Part shown: one piece after another, positions 22,488-34,659 of the stretch
Position numbering within the stretch: position 1 is the stretch's first letter
How the letters are laid out: each line of letters starts with the position of its first letter
Notes under the pieces: generated by a model
Database searches by the model: none
Told to the model about the DNA's origin: nothing
Seen by the model: the letters and a program-made list of their open reading frames with translations, nothing else
Assembly: GCF_963506605.1 (NCBI RefSeq)
Contig: NC_083278.1
Span: 4,526,001-4,590,000 of the forward strand
Length of the DNA: 64,000 bases
From: Zootoca vivipara
Taxonomy: Eukaryota
Direction of reading: 5' to 3'
Position numbers and translations under genes: made by a program

Positions 22488-23714
22488 TTACAAAATTTTG
22501 TATTTGCACATAAATTGGGCAATATTATCCAACATCACAAGGGTGTAATTTACACATGTTTCACTTAGAGTGGCGGCACCATCAGTCATCTTCTCCCAGT
22601 AGATGATAGCATGATCTGCCATCTCTGCTGTGTCTGCCAGATAACTTGTGCCAAATGCAGATATAAGTATTTTCCAGTGCTGGAGAGTGTTAGATAGAAA
22701 GTCCATAAAAGACATCTGTGTGGCAGCAAGTATAAGGAAGGAAAGCAAAACCATCACAATAAACTTATGTAAGGACAATGGAGAAAATGCCCAGTTAAAA
22801 GTACTTTTCTCCTGAGGTAAAGAAAGTTTGTCCACATCTGCAAGCTTAAATTGTTCCCACTGGCTTGTATCAAATCCTTTCATTGTGGAACTGATGTTGA
22901 CAGTAAGACAAGGCAATTTGGTTTCCTTGATCACTTTGATTTTCTCTCGGAATTCTTGCATCTGTTGCAAAAAAACAATGGGTTCAGACACCTCTTTAAA
23001 GGCTTCGGCAATATTAAAAGCGGTTCGTTGTTCTCGTATAATAGTGTTCAGTTTATTAATTTCTGGATCGTATGCCTGCATGACTGCAAGCTTCATTGTC
23101 TCAAAATCTGAAAGTATCTCATTCTTTTTTTGTTCCAATGTATACTGCAATTTCTCAAAAAAATCTTTTACTCTGTCATAGTCCTTTGTCAGCATCTGGA
23201 GGGCTTTGCGCTTGCTGGCTTCCAGGGTGTCTAGCCGAGAAAGTGCATCCCCACAACGCCATGATTCAAAACCCTGGAACAATGTTTCAAAAGCAAGTTT
23301 TTCCTGAAAATAAGCATCTTCAATAGAACAAAACACATGTTTTATATGATCTCCTCGAGTTGCACAGATACCACATATCAACTGTGTGTCTGTTTGGCAG
23401 AAAATGTTGAGAGGCTGACCGCTGTGTACTTTGCACACAGGCATCTTTGAGGTGACCTTAATCTTGTTATATTTCTCTACGATACCTTTGAGGGAATAGT
23501 TGACTTGCAGGCTGTTAACCCCTGTCACAGTGGTTTCCTTCCGACATGTTGGGCATTTGAAGAGAGACTGTCTCCAAATTACAGTCCGAGCATTTCCCTC
23601 CAAAATCCCTTCCAAACATTTCTTACAGAAGTTATGTGAGCAGGGTAGGGCTCGGGGATCCTCAAACAAACTACAACAAATGGGACATGTAAGATCTTCT
23701 TCAAGGAGCTCCAT
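22488..23714 (-). CDS. TRIM13: E3 ubiquitin ligase TRIM13 (RING, B-box, coiled coil, C-terminal TM), single coding exon, 408 aa
   Basis: MELLEEDLTCPICCSLFEDPRALPCSHNFC...; acceptor ttttattacAG just upstream (exon starts 23720). Confidence 0.97.
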   Translation of the reverse strand: MELLEEDLTCPICCSLFEDPRALPCSHNFCKKCLEGILEGNARTVIWRQSLFKCPTCRKETTVTGVNSLQVNYSLKGIVEKYNKIKVTSKMPVCKVHSGQPLNIFCQTDTQLICGICATRGDHIKHVFCSIEDAYFQEKLAFETLFQGFESWRCGDALSRLDTLEASKRKALQMLTKDYDRVKDFFEKLQYTLEQKKNEILSDFETMKLAVMQAYDPEINKLNTIIREQRTAFNIAEAFKEVSEPIVFLQQMQEFREKIKVIKETKLPCLTVNISSTMKGFDTSQWEQFKLADVDKLSLPQEKSTFNWAFSPLSLHKFIVMVLLSFLILAATQMSFMDFLSNTLQHWKILISAFGTSYLADTAEMADHAIIYWEKMTDGAATLSETCVNYTLVMLDNIAQFMCKYKIL

Positions 23715-24749
23715 TGCGGTCTGTAATAAAAGGAGAGAATTCAGAGAATTATATGATGATCACAATCTAAGAAAGTCCAGTATCTTGTCTGCCATCCTAC
23801 AGGTGTATAACTTCAGCCAAAGCAGTGAATGTTTAAACACTTTATTTTACAAGAGATGTGGATAACAGAGCAGCTAGAGGCGAGGAAGAGTGTTTTTAGA
23901 AGAGTGATAAGATTTGGCCTGGCTATTTTCTCGCTGGAAAAGCTGTAAATCTGTCTTCGGAGGAGCTATGGAGTAGAAATTTGGACATGATGTGTAATTT
24001 GTGTGCTTTGTTGGATTCAGATGACCAGCGATCAGAGGGAGACTAAAGACACAATTCCACGCAGCAACAGAAAACATTTTGGTAAAACCTGGCTGGCAAC
24101 ACAACTCAGAGGCTTGAAGAAGATTGAAGGATGTCAACAAAGACTGTTAGCAAAGGACTGCATTATTTTGGGACAATATGTGAAGGTTTATATCAGAGGC
24201 TGAATAACAAGGGAGAAATTATTAAAAGCAAATGGCAGTAGTGATTAGCAGGTAGCTCTAGAATCTGAGGCATGGGGACTCGGAAAAATTCAATATAATT
24301 AGGCATAATTGGAATGTTTCTTTTAATTAGAATTGTATAATTAATTTGGATAAAGTGTAATTGGGAATAATTTCAATGTGATTTGATGTTTAATTGGAAA
24401 ATTTAATAAAAAATATTTTTAAAAAGAGAGATGTGGATAACAAATTCTACACCTGTAAAAATTCTACATTTGCTTTTCACCTTCCTTTCTCAGAGCTAGG
24501 TAGGGCACAACAGGGATGGGGAGGGGCCTGGTTCATCCCCCCCTGATTGTGCGCCAGGGGCAACGGGCCCAACGGCAGCCTCCCCCTATTATATGCTGTT
24601 GATTCGAGCCCCCCACATTGGGCAAAAGATTCGCGCACTGCAGTGGGCTGGAGTAGATGACCCATGAGATTCCCCCCCCCCTTCCAGCTTAACACTTCGG
24701 CGATTCACTTTCGGCGCTAGGCGAAAATGTTCCCATATAACCTGTAGCC

Positions 24750-26170
24750 TTTCCGAAGCGGGTGGGGGCGTTTTTAACGCCTTTCTCTGGGGGATTTATT
24801 CTCTTCGTCGCTCTGGGCCACATAAGGAGACCCGCCCATTCAAGGAATAAAAGGAAAGTAATGTCGCCGCCCCCCCCCCCGAATGACCAGACCGGCCCTC
24901 GCGCGAGGGGCTCCTGCGGGAAGGAAAGGGAGCCGAAGGCCGCGCCGCCTCCTTACGCCCCGTCTGCCTCCTTACGCCCTCCCTCCTCCGGGCGCCGCCT
25001 CCCTCGCGTAGCCCCGCCACTTCTCCTTCCCGCTCGAGTCCAGCTCACCAGCCCGTAGCTCAGGAGGCCGCGCCGCTGAGCCGCCTCGGTCGCCCCGGGA
25101 AGCGAGTAGGCCCGTCTCTAGGCGCCTCGCCCGGCCCCGGCCTGCGCTGCTGCGCCTGCGCACAAGTGCTCCCTCCCTCTCTTCCCGCCTCAGAGATGCT
25201 TGACGTCGCGCGCGGCTCCGTGACAGCGCTGGAGCCACAGTGAAGTCCCCGTCCCACCCCCGTGGTTTGTGGCACAAAAAAACCCACGGCGACCCCTTAT
25301 AATTATTTATTCAATCATTATTAATAAATTCACATGCTGCCCTTCTGCAAGGAAACCCCTTCGGGGCACAGCGGGGAATGCGGCATGGAAGGAAAGTCCG
25401 CCGCTTAGCGACGTGACAGGGTGGGTAGCGCCTGAGTGACGCGGGGCTTCTGTGGGGATCTGGCGCAATACGGGGCTGTTCGGGGGCAGACGCGGGCCAA
25501 GAGCCTCGGGAGATGAAGGGCGAGTCGTTTCGTGGGGTCGCCCGTCCTTCGAAGCCCCCGGGAGTCAGTCTTTCGAGAGACTCAGCCCAGCCGGGGGGGG
25601 TGTCCCCGATGTCGCCGGGACTACAGCTCCCATCATCCCCGGCGGCTGGCCCTTGTCGCTGGGGTTGATGGGAGTTGCAGTCCTGGCGACGTCGGAGGCC
25701 GAGCCAGGGCACCCGCGGGCGGTCGTGTGGGACTCGGGCTCGCGCGGATACGGTGCGGGCGGCGATGCGGAGCCTCTCCCGGCAGGGCCAGCAGTACCGG
25801 GCGGGCGCCTAGGCCGGGGCGGCGAGGGGCGGAGGGCGCTTCCTCCACATGGCGGCTCCAGCTGCGCTCTGAGCGGAGAAGCCGAGGGCAGGAGAGGCGG
25901 CCATGGCGGGCTCGTCGGGCTCTTCGGCGCCCGGCCCCGTGTGGTGCTGCCTGCGCTGGGCCTGCTGCGGAGACGCCGGCGGAGGACACATTGCCCTCAA
26001 GGAGATGCCGCTCGTTCAGCTGGACACGCACAGGATGGGTAAGCGGCGGCGAGGCGGGCGAAGGGGCTCCGGAGCATGAAGAAAGAAGCCGCGCAGCTGT
26101 GGCGGGCGAGGAAGGACCCGTCGCCGTGGCCTTAAGGCGCAGTCCGGGGGGAAGGCGGCCTTCAAACACA
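24750..26170. promoter_or_regulatory. CpG island, bidirectional TRIM13/SPRYD7 promoter
   Basis: CpG-rich; NRF1-like TGCGCCTGCGCA 25151-25162; CRE-like TGACGTC 25201; candidate TRIM13 non-coding exon-1 donor (CTG|GTGAGC, minus) at 25049; ZNF143-like palindrome 25606-25695. Confidence 0.85.
25903..26038 (+). CDS. SPRYD7: SPRY domain-containing 7, exon 1
   Basis: MAGSSGSSAPGPVWCCLRWACCGDAGGGHIALKEMPLVQLDTHRM; Kozak gccATGG; donor G|GTAAGC. Confidence 0.92.
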
Positions 26171-27125
26171 CATAGCATGATCAACAACAACAATACCCCC
26201 CCCCCCATTTTTCAAACGAGCTATTGCAGCGAGCCTTGGGGTTGAGGCAAGATTTCTCTGCCCCCTGCCAGCCGAGAGCCCGACTCTCCCCACTGGGCCT
26301 CACTGCCTCCCACACTTAATATCTATCGGCTCTCAACACAGCTAAGGGATGGTGGGAGCTGTAGAACAACAACATAGTTGAGAAAGGACGGTAGATTTTA
26401 GTAATACTGTTTAATGTTAGACTAGAGTGAATAACTTTGAACACCCCCCACCACCCCAGAGGGGAGGACACACGGCCCACCTGGGGAAATGCTTCGGCTC
26501 TGGCAGGTCCTGCTCTATATTTTCTCTCAACTGCAAAGGGTGCTAGTCTGGGAGAGACAACGATAATTTCCTCCCATAAATTGTTACCCGCCCACCCTGT
26601 CATGTCAGTTGGGAGATAAATTCTTCCTTTTATTTTACACCTTCCAAGGCTTAGCAGAAGAACAGAGGCTACCTTGTTATCTTATTTATTTTATTTTTTA
26701 TTTCTTTAACTTGTACACTGTCCTTCATCTGTAGATCTTGGGGCAGTTCAAAACCTCCACTCGCACTAGGAACATCTGGTCAGAATCCCAGTTCCATCCT
26801 ATTAAAAAAATAGGTTTGATTAGCAAGAAAATTAAGTGGATGCCAATAACTGATTCAGCCCTGACTCCTCTTTTGATACCAGGCTGTGTCCAGTGGTATC
26901 TTGTGTTGCATAACCTCCAGGTTACGGCATCTTATGGTTACGGCCGCGGCAAACCCGGAAGTGTATACTGAATCAAATTCTTTGCTGAACTTCAAATAAA
27001 CTGGATCTACTGCATTTTTCTGGTCTGGAGCACTAGACACCCTCTCATTTCTATTTTCATCCACATCTTTACTTTGTTCTTTGTTCTAAGGTAGCAGTAG
27101 GGAATCTGTGATTACCCAGGTGTTC

Positions 27126-27232
27126 ATAGAATCATAGAACTGAAATGACCACAAGGGTCATCTCTGGCTCAACCCCCTGCAATGCAGGAATCTTTTGACC
27201 AATGCGAGGCTTGAACCCACGACCCTGAGATT
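27126..27232 (-). mobile_element. tRNA-derived SINE with CR1-type tail
   Basis: catagaatcatagaa tail and ttgaacccacgaccctgaga head region. Confidence 0.65.
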
Positions 27233-27904
27233 AATATTACAAGATTGAGAATCTCATAATCCCTGGCCACTGACCATGCTGTCTGGGGCTGATGGGAGAT
27301 CTGATCTGGAGGGACAGAAATTCCCTATCTCACTGACCATGGCAGGTTTGAGATAATGGGGATAAAACAAAAGGGGTAGTAATTTGAGCATCTTTTTTCT
27401 CAGCTGTGGGGTAGGCAAAGCAGAACCACACAGATCCAAAACACACTTTCTAGATCCTTCTGAAAGAGAAACTAGGAAAGTTTCATAAGGAACAAAAGAT
27501 GTCAACTGAACTGTAGTGATAATCAAAACAAAAACAAATGGGCACATAACTTCTTTCACTGCCCTGGCAGGTAAGTTTTTGATCCTTTCACTCTTGATTT
27601 GAAAGATAAAGTAGGAACTCCTGCTTTCTATTTCTTCCCCATCCGTGTTTTTTCTAGGGAAACATATTTCACAACCTGGGGACTGCTTCACACTTGTTGA
27701 ATTTCATACTCTGAAGTGATGTCTGTGTGTGCTCCTCTGTGTGTGCTCCCTTGTGTGACAACTCAAAACACCTCTTTCACAGCGTGAACATTAAAGCATG
27801 ATTGCAGATGTATACTTTTTCTACTTTTTAAATGTGGTAGGAGCAGTCAGGGTTCATTCACTCCAGGAGTGTATATAATATGTTAAATGCTATATTTAAA
27901 AAAT

Positions 27905-28037
27905 CATTCCAGTAGCATGCACACGAAAGCTCATACCAATATCAAACTTAGTTGGTCTCTAAGGTGCTACTGGAAGGGGAAAAAATTATTTTGTTTCAAC
28001 TACAGCAGACCAACATGGCTACCTACCTGTAACTAGA
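27905..28037 (+). mobile_element. Penelope-like terminal fragment (3' half of hammerhead)
   Basis: gcatgcacacGAAAgctcatacc...ttagttggtctctaaggtgctactgg. Confidence 0.7.
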
Positions 28038-29076
28038 GCTATAAAAAAATAATTGTGTAATTGTCATGTGAGCAACCATGGGCCTTCATCATGTCCAGGA
28101 GTGCCTGTCCTGTGCATATCAGGTTTCCTCATCTTGGATTTTTGCCCCCTTCTGTTACAAAACAATGTGAATTATTGCTGAACAGTGTGAGGAAAATCTA
28201 AGGACAAAACTGGAGTTATACTGGGAACAGTTTTTTCTCTGTCGAGGCGTTCCAGTCTCTTTGGATTTTGAATGCTTAACTGGAATGAATTTAGAGTACT
28301 GTAAGCGTCAACCCTGTCTTGTTTTGGGAGACTGCATGGATTTAATTCATAGACAAATGAATCCTTAGAATTTTACAGTTTAAAATTAAGGTAATTCAAG
28401 GGCACCTATAATCCTTAACAAACTATCACACAGTATAAAGACTGGGCAGAAATTGTAACTCCCTTGCCTTCCCAGGGCTTGTCCACGGTGGAATTTAATG
28501 AGGGTTTGAAGCTTTTTGGATTCTCTAATAATTTTTGTCAGCAGCAGCCTCACAATAACCTCTATCCAAGTGGCAGCCTGCTCTCCCCCCACCCACACCA
28601 AATACAGATGTTCCCACAGTTCAAGGCTACATTCTTAAACATATTTATAAGGTAGAAAGACACAATGAACATAGTATGACTTAGTTCTGACTAGATAGGA
28701 ATAGGACTGAGCTGCAGAGCTGCAATCCTAACCATACTTTAAAAAAAATTGTGACAAAAACAGAACAACAATAAAGAGGGGACATTTCTCTTGAAACTTT
28801 CATTTTGTCTTTTAAAAATTGTTTCTGTCTTTTGGGTCAGTTTTCCCATCTGCGTCATTCCATGGTAACTCATATTACATTTGACGTATGATTACAACAA
28901 TTAAGTAATATTTAAAGATAGTAATTGAGAAGCAATCTTGAATAAAATAATTGTGTATATAATACATACCTGGTTATTATAAAAGCTTATTACCTTTTTC
29001 ATATTAATTTCAAAATATGAAAAATAAAAATATGAAAAATAAAAATAAAAATTACCATCATTTCGTACTACTGTTT

Positions 29077-29968
29077 TTACATCCTTTCTTCCTGTCGACT
29101 TATTTCATCGCGGTTATAGAAATTTTCTACTTTATTAATAGTTTCAGTCCTCAATGCAGACTTAGATTGAACAGCTTTCTTTGCTAATGGTTTCTGTGAT
29201 CCTAAACTTTCAAAAAGTTTACATATAACTTTACGCTTCTTGCGTGGTGACTTGGGTAGAGCTCGACAAGCCTTAGCTCGGTCGACGGCCTCGGTCCAGT
29301 ATACCTGAAGGAGCCCCCCCCGTCTCCACCCCCATCGTTCTGCCTGGACACTGAGGTCCAGCTCCGAGGGCCTTCTGGCGGTTCCTTCGCTACGAGAAGC
29401 CAAGTTACAGGGAACCAGGCAGAGGGCCTTCTCGGTAGTGGCACCCACCCTGTGGAATGCCCTCCCACTAGAGGTCAAAGAGAACAACAATTGCCAGACC
29501 TTTAGATGGCATCTCAAGGCAGCCCTGTTTAGGGAAGCTTTTAATGTTTGATGGATTTCTGTATTTTAGTGTTTTGTTGGAAGCCGCCCAGAGTGGCTGG
29601 CGGAACCCGGCCAGATGGGCGGGGTATAAATAATAAATTATTAATTATTATTATTATTATTAGCTGTAGCCTTGCCCAGGGCAGAGTTGTATTTGAATGC
29701 TGATGGTGAGTCTTTCTTTGTCCCAATAGGAGTAACTGGGACTTTCTTCTTCAACTCTCTATGTTTGGAAACTCTTTCTCTTACATTCTTTCTTCTGGCA
29801 CTTTGCAATTTCAACTGTTCAGCCTTTGGCAACTTGCTTTCTTTGGCATTTTTCTTCTCTCTGCTTTTCTTCATAAATTCTTTTTGCTTGGCTTTGTATT
29901 CATTATATTTTCTTCTTTCTTAATTTTTCCCTCCTACGTTTCATCTTTTCAGCAGGTGTAAGGGCCAT
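29077..29968 (-). pseudogene. Decayed transposase-like ORF interrupted by an L2 insertion
   Basis: MALTPAEKMKRRREKL...SAFKYNSALGKATA / VDRAKACRALPKSPRKKRKVI...KVENFYNRDEISR; halves rejoin in frame when 29287-29661 is removed. Confidence 0.55.
29287..29661 (+). mobile_element. L2-clade LINE 3' end
   Basis: Highly similar to ~57560-57940; ends in (ATT)n. Confidence 0.85.
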
Positions 29969-30378
29969 TTTAAAATATTTGCTTTAATTCCTAAATAAAT
30001 ATAAAGAGAGCGATAAGAATGCAAAATTTGAGCACTGTAACGTGAGTTACCATAATTGCAGTAACTTACATTACACATTTTGACAGTGTTTGTAGGGCAC
30101 AAACTGCAACATAAAATTAAAATGTTTACATGATTACATTGCATCTACTGCGTAGAAGGAAAATGCAGAAAAGTTTAATTCTGAAGCTCCCATTCAGAAA
30201 GATATTCTAAAAATAACTTGTTTTGGTAGCTCATGTTACAGCTTCATAATCTATAATTAAAATCAATCAATACCAATTAAAAATGTAATTGGAGCAATAT
30301 AGACCATTTGCAATCAAAAGATGACATTTTAAGCTTTCAATATACATATTACAATAATGGTTTTGTCAGAGGGCCTGA

Positions 30379-30780
30379 TGTGGCTACTCTAGAGTAACGA
30401 CTCCAGCATGGTCTTTTTAGGCTTTTATTAAGTGCTGATTATTTACAGTGTTCAGAGCGGTTAATATACATCCTTAAGGTGAGGTGTCAGAACCTCGGAA
30501 TGGTGATTGGCGGGTTTTCCTCCAGCATAGAAGCTTTGGAAGACCCAACCTCTTCCCCCTACGTTTGCGTCGCAATTCCGGAGTTGGGGGAATTGGCCTT
30601 CCCCCCCTGCTCCCATCTTCCTGTCCCACCTGGGGCATGGGCTCCGCAACCTTGCCTGAGCCTCGGACACTACTTCCTGACTCTCCGCTGGAGGCAGAGC
30701 TCTCCTTGCTCTCTCCAGCGCTTGGGGATGGGCTGGAACTTAAGATGGGAGGGACTTCCCTGTATCCCTTGTCCCTCACA
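30379..30780 (-). mobile_element. Possible solo LTR
   Basis: ~400-bp GC-richer block bounded TG...CA with a minus-strand AATAAA near one end; no TSD found. Confidence 0.3.
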
Positions 30781-31260
30781 GGTTTGAATAGATTTTATCT
30801 TACCTTTAGTGTATGTCTAACTTCAAAAACAAAATTCATTTGCAATATGTGCTACCGGTACATTCAGGTGGTGGCCATCTTGGAATGAAGCATTCTGGGA
30901 ATAATTTGTTTTGTTGCCAAAACACTTTGATATACATATGCACACAAACTTACCATGTAAAAAAAGTATTACATTTTTTTTTACAACCCCCCCCCCCTCA
31001 TTTTCATGGAATGACCCATCTATGCAATTATCCAATTTTGCTGGTATCACTCATATACCAAATTACCGTATCTCCTAAATCTTTCTGCCTTCTGTCAAGC
31101 ATGCTGCTGATAGTAAGAATTTTAATAAGTTCTTGCTTAAATGGGAGTAAGTTCCTCTGAAATCAGTTGGACTTATTTCCAAACATACTTGTGCAGAATT
31201 GTGCTGCATGTCTTAAATGGAAGTTCAGAATGTTTCAGTTTGATGCTTTTAATTCTGCAG

Positions 31261-31377
31261 GAACAGATGTTGTCATTGTCAAAAATGGACGACGAGTATG
31301 TGGTACGGGAGGCTGCCTAGCCAATGCCCCTTTGCATCAGAACAAGAGCTATTTTGAGTTTAAAATCCAATCTACAG
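31261..31377 (+). CDS. SPRYD7: SPRYD7 exon 2
   Basis: GTDVVIVKNGRRVCGTGGCLANAPLHQNKSYFEFKIQST; AG/GT boundaries. Confidence 0.95.
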
Positions 31378-32289
31378 GTCAGTCAAAAAGTTGACGCTCG
31401 CAAAAATTCATCATGTTTTGCTCAGATTGGATTCAAGTCGCTGAGTAAAATTAATTGTTGCATGAACAGGCTCCTGCTCACACCCTGGAACTTCATCCTC
31501 CTCTCCCCTTCCATCCTGTAGCCCCTTACTGCTCTTCAATTCTGAGAATCATAGATTTATATGAATGAGAGCTGAGACACTGTTAGTGGGCAGTTTCCTA
31601 GACTGGTTGAGGACTTTTACCCTTTTCATTAAATTATTCACACCAGGATAGCAGTTCACAAGATACTTTCTAATGTAGCTATTGCAATAAAGTTTTTTTT
31701 TCCAGGGAGGTGTCACGAAGAAAGCTCCTTGCTAAGGGTGCAAGGTATCCTAGAGAGGCTTCCGCTGGTTCAGTCCTAGCACCTCTACTTAAAGGGTCAG
31801 AATGCCTGAGGCCTTGGAGAGCCACTTCCAGTCAAAGTAGAACCAGTTGGAGCTGTTGTTAGCCATGCTGATTTGCAAAATGCTTTGCTGGCAACCAAGG
31901 GTTCCTTCAACTTCCTTATGGACCCAAGTTGCAGCACCTCATTGTCCAGAAATGCTCTACAAGGTGGCATTTCTCATAATTCAGTGTAGTTGGGACCAGT
32001 TCAAGATGCGGGTTCATTAAAAAAATGGCAAGGGCTTTTTAAAGGGTTCTGTTGCAGTTGAGCAGGGGCGGGATGATAAAGGTTTAGTTTGATTTCCTGA
32101 TCAATATATGCTCATTATTTCACTTACTGTCATGACATAGCACAGTCAGATGTTGTTTAATTGGAAGTAAACTATTTGGGCAAGGCTGGGGGAATGTCTT
32201 GCACGGTACTGCACTAAAGTACATTCTCTCTCTCTCTCTCTCTCCTCTCTTCTCCCATGGCTGTGCCATTCCATTTCACCCCTCGCCAG

Positions 32290-32456
32290 GAATCTGGGGT
32301 ATTGGTGTTGCGACTCAGAAAGTCAATTTGAATCAAATTCCTCTTGGGTGTGATGTGAATAGTCTAGTACTGAGAAATGATGGAGCCCTGTACTACAATA
32401 ATGATGAGAAGAACAGGTTGCCAGCAAACAACCTTCCACAAGAGGGTGATATTGTG
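32290..32456 (+). CDS. SPRYD7: SPRYD7 exon 3
   Basis: GIWGIGVATQKVNLNQIPLG...LPQEGDIV. Confidence 0.95.
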
Positions 32457-32991
32457 GTGAGTTTCTTTCAGTATTGCTTATATGAATCTGACCAGAATTG
32501 ATGGTGTTTCCTCCTAGCCAAAGCTAACTTCACAGCAAATGTGATAATCTCTGCTATATTTTTCACCAACACAGTCCAGTTAAGCTGGTCTTTATGGAAA
32601 GTTGGACCCAAAGATCCTTAAAAGGAACCTGTTGCCATAATTCAGGCCAAAGGAAGAGCACATAATCAAATTTAATTCATAATAATAAATCTATGGCCTT
32701 TACAAGGTGGTGGGGTGCGTGGGCTTTTATGTATTTTGTATTCTCATTTTGTATTTTTATGTTGTGAACCACCCTGTGATACTCAAATGAAGAGTGCTAT
32801 ACAAAACAAACAAGGAGGGCTATGGGTACTTGATGTAGTAGGGTACTGGATGCAAGTAGCTCCCTGAAAATGTTCATATTTTTAAAGTAAGTTTGTAAGA
32901 TAATGTTGAAATGTTGTCCACAACATTCAGATTTAGCTATGTTTTTCAAAATGAATAAAAGTGGAGTCTAAATGTCACATTTCCCTTACAG

Positions 32992-33094
32992 GGAATTACA
33001 TATGACCATGTAGAACTAAATGTTTATTTGAATGGGAAAAATATGCACTGTCCAGCCTCAGGAATTAGAGGAACTGTCTTCCCTGTGGTATATG
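32992..33094 (+). CDS. SPRYD7: SPRYD7 exon 4
   Basis: GITYDHVELNVYLNGKNMHCPASGIRGTVFPVVY; donor G|GTAAGT. Confidence 0.95.
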
Positions 33095-33197
33095 GTAAGT
33101 TGGGGTTCTCAGGAGTTGTTAACACTTTGACCTCCCTACTACACAGCTTCCTATTTTCCACATAGTCCAATATTCTGAGAATGGGCTTATCTATATA

Positions 33198-33425
33198 CAG
33201 TGGTACCTCTACTTACGAATAACTCTACTTACAAATGGAGCTCCGTCCGCCATCTTGGATGCGGTTTAGATAGGATTTTTTTCTACTTACGAATTTTTAG
33301 ATAGGGTTGCTTCTACTTACGAATTTTTTCTCCCAATGCATTCCTATGGGATTCGACTTACAATTTTTTTCGACTTACAAATGTGCGTTCAGAACGCATT
33401 AAATTCGTAAGTAGAGGTACCACTG
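33198..33425. mobile_element. TcMar-Tigger-type MITE nested in the Helitron 5' end
   Basis: Long perfect TIR CAGTGGTACCTCTACTTACGAAT, TA TSD. Confidence 0.9.
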
Positions 33426-34414
33426 TATATAAAAATGTAAAAATGGTGAACTGCAGGTTCCACTTTTCTCCATAACCGCTTGACCGATCGTCCTGAAATT
33501 TTGACACAACGATCCAGGCCACTCCCCGAGCGTTGTTGGAGACAAAAATCCCTCAAATCACACACCTGCCCAGGTATAGACCTGGTTTTCCACCAAGTCA
33601 AACAGCGCCCTCAAGTGGAATTCCTCCCACAGTACACCCCCTCCCTTCCTGTGAAATCTAAGCCTCACCCACAAACCAAATGACATCATCAACCAAGCAA
33701 CTGAAACCACCAAGTCGGCCATTATCAGACCCCTAGGCCCTGCTATGCTGCTAGGCCTCCACTAGGCCCGGGGGGGGTAGATAACCCACAGCAACGCACT
33801 TGGGGGCACGGCAAGGGTTTTTACTTTACAATTTAGCACCACTATCCCCCCCAAAAAAATCCCCCACCAAATAACCACAAGACAAAAATAAATACCATCC
33901 TTCAAAACGTCATGAAATACACCAGTCATTGGGGGGGGGGGGACAAACAGAATAGATCATGGATCGGGTCACGTGGGGGCACTCACAGGGATTAGCCACA
34001 ACAACGCGCCACACCCATAAACCCCGCCTCCGCCACGAGATCCTGTAAAACAGGAGGCCTTGGCTCCATTTTACAGACTAGGCCTCAGCTCTACAGCCCT
34101 TTAAATACTATCCCGAATGGAACCCTGGGTGGGAGGAGGAGCCCAAATAGGTCATGGGCTGACGTAGGGTGGGGGGAGCAACTGTCCAACAGCCACCAAA
34201 ACAGCCATTCCACCCCAAGCCCAAAACCTCTCCCGGCGGCTGCATTAATAAACGCCTGGCAGCATTAGGCAGTCGTTCATCATTTTTCCTAACACACACT
34301 TGGGGGCACAGCGAGGGGTTTTCGCTTTATAATTTAGTGGGTGTTGTGTCACATGTGAGGCTCCGGTGGCCATTTTAAGTAAGGGCAATCGTGACCCTTT
34401 TAACCTAGGCTTTA

Positions 34415-34659
34415 CCGTGTTTCTCCAAAAATAAGACACCGCCTTATATTTATTTTTCCTTAAAAAAACCCCACATTGGCTTATTTTCAGGGGATGTCTT
34501 ATTTTTTATTACGCGTCCAGCCTTGCCTCTTCCTTGGGGCCCTCCAGAACTACGCCTATCACTATGTCTTATTTTCGGGGTATGGCTTATATCGCGCAAA
34601 TGCTTAGAAATTCTGCTATGGCTTATTTTATGGGTATGTCTTATTTTAGGAGAAACAAC
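34415..34659. mobile_element. Tc1/mariner-type MITE nested in the Helitron
   Basis: TA-CCGTGTTTCTCCAAAAATAAGACA...TGTCTTATTTTAGGAGAAAC; related to 59766-60003. Confidence 0.7.

Noticed and set aside
25261-25290. Possible miR-3613 ortholog near the TRIM13 5' end
   Set aside because: Only a short A-run resemblance; no convincing hairpin
25452-26245. ORFs of 190-237 aa over the SPRYD7 promoter
   Set aside because: GC-content artefacts; the true SPRYD7 exon 1 is in a different frame
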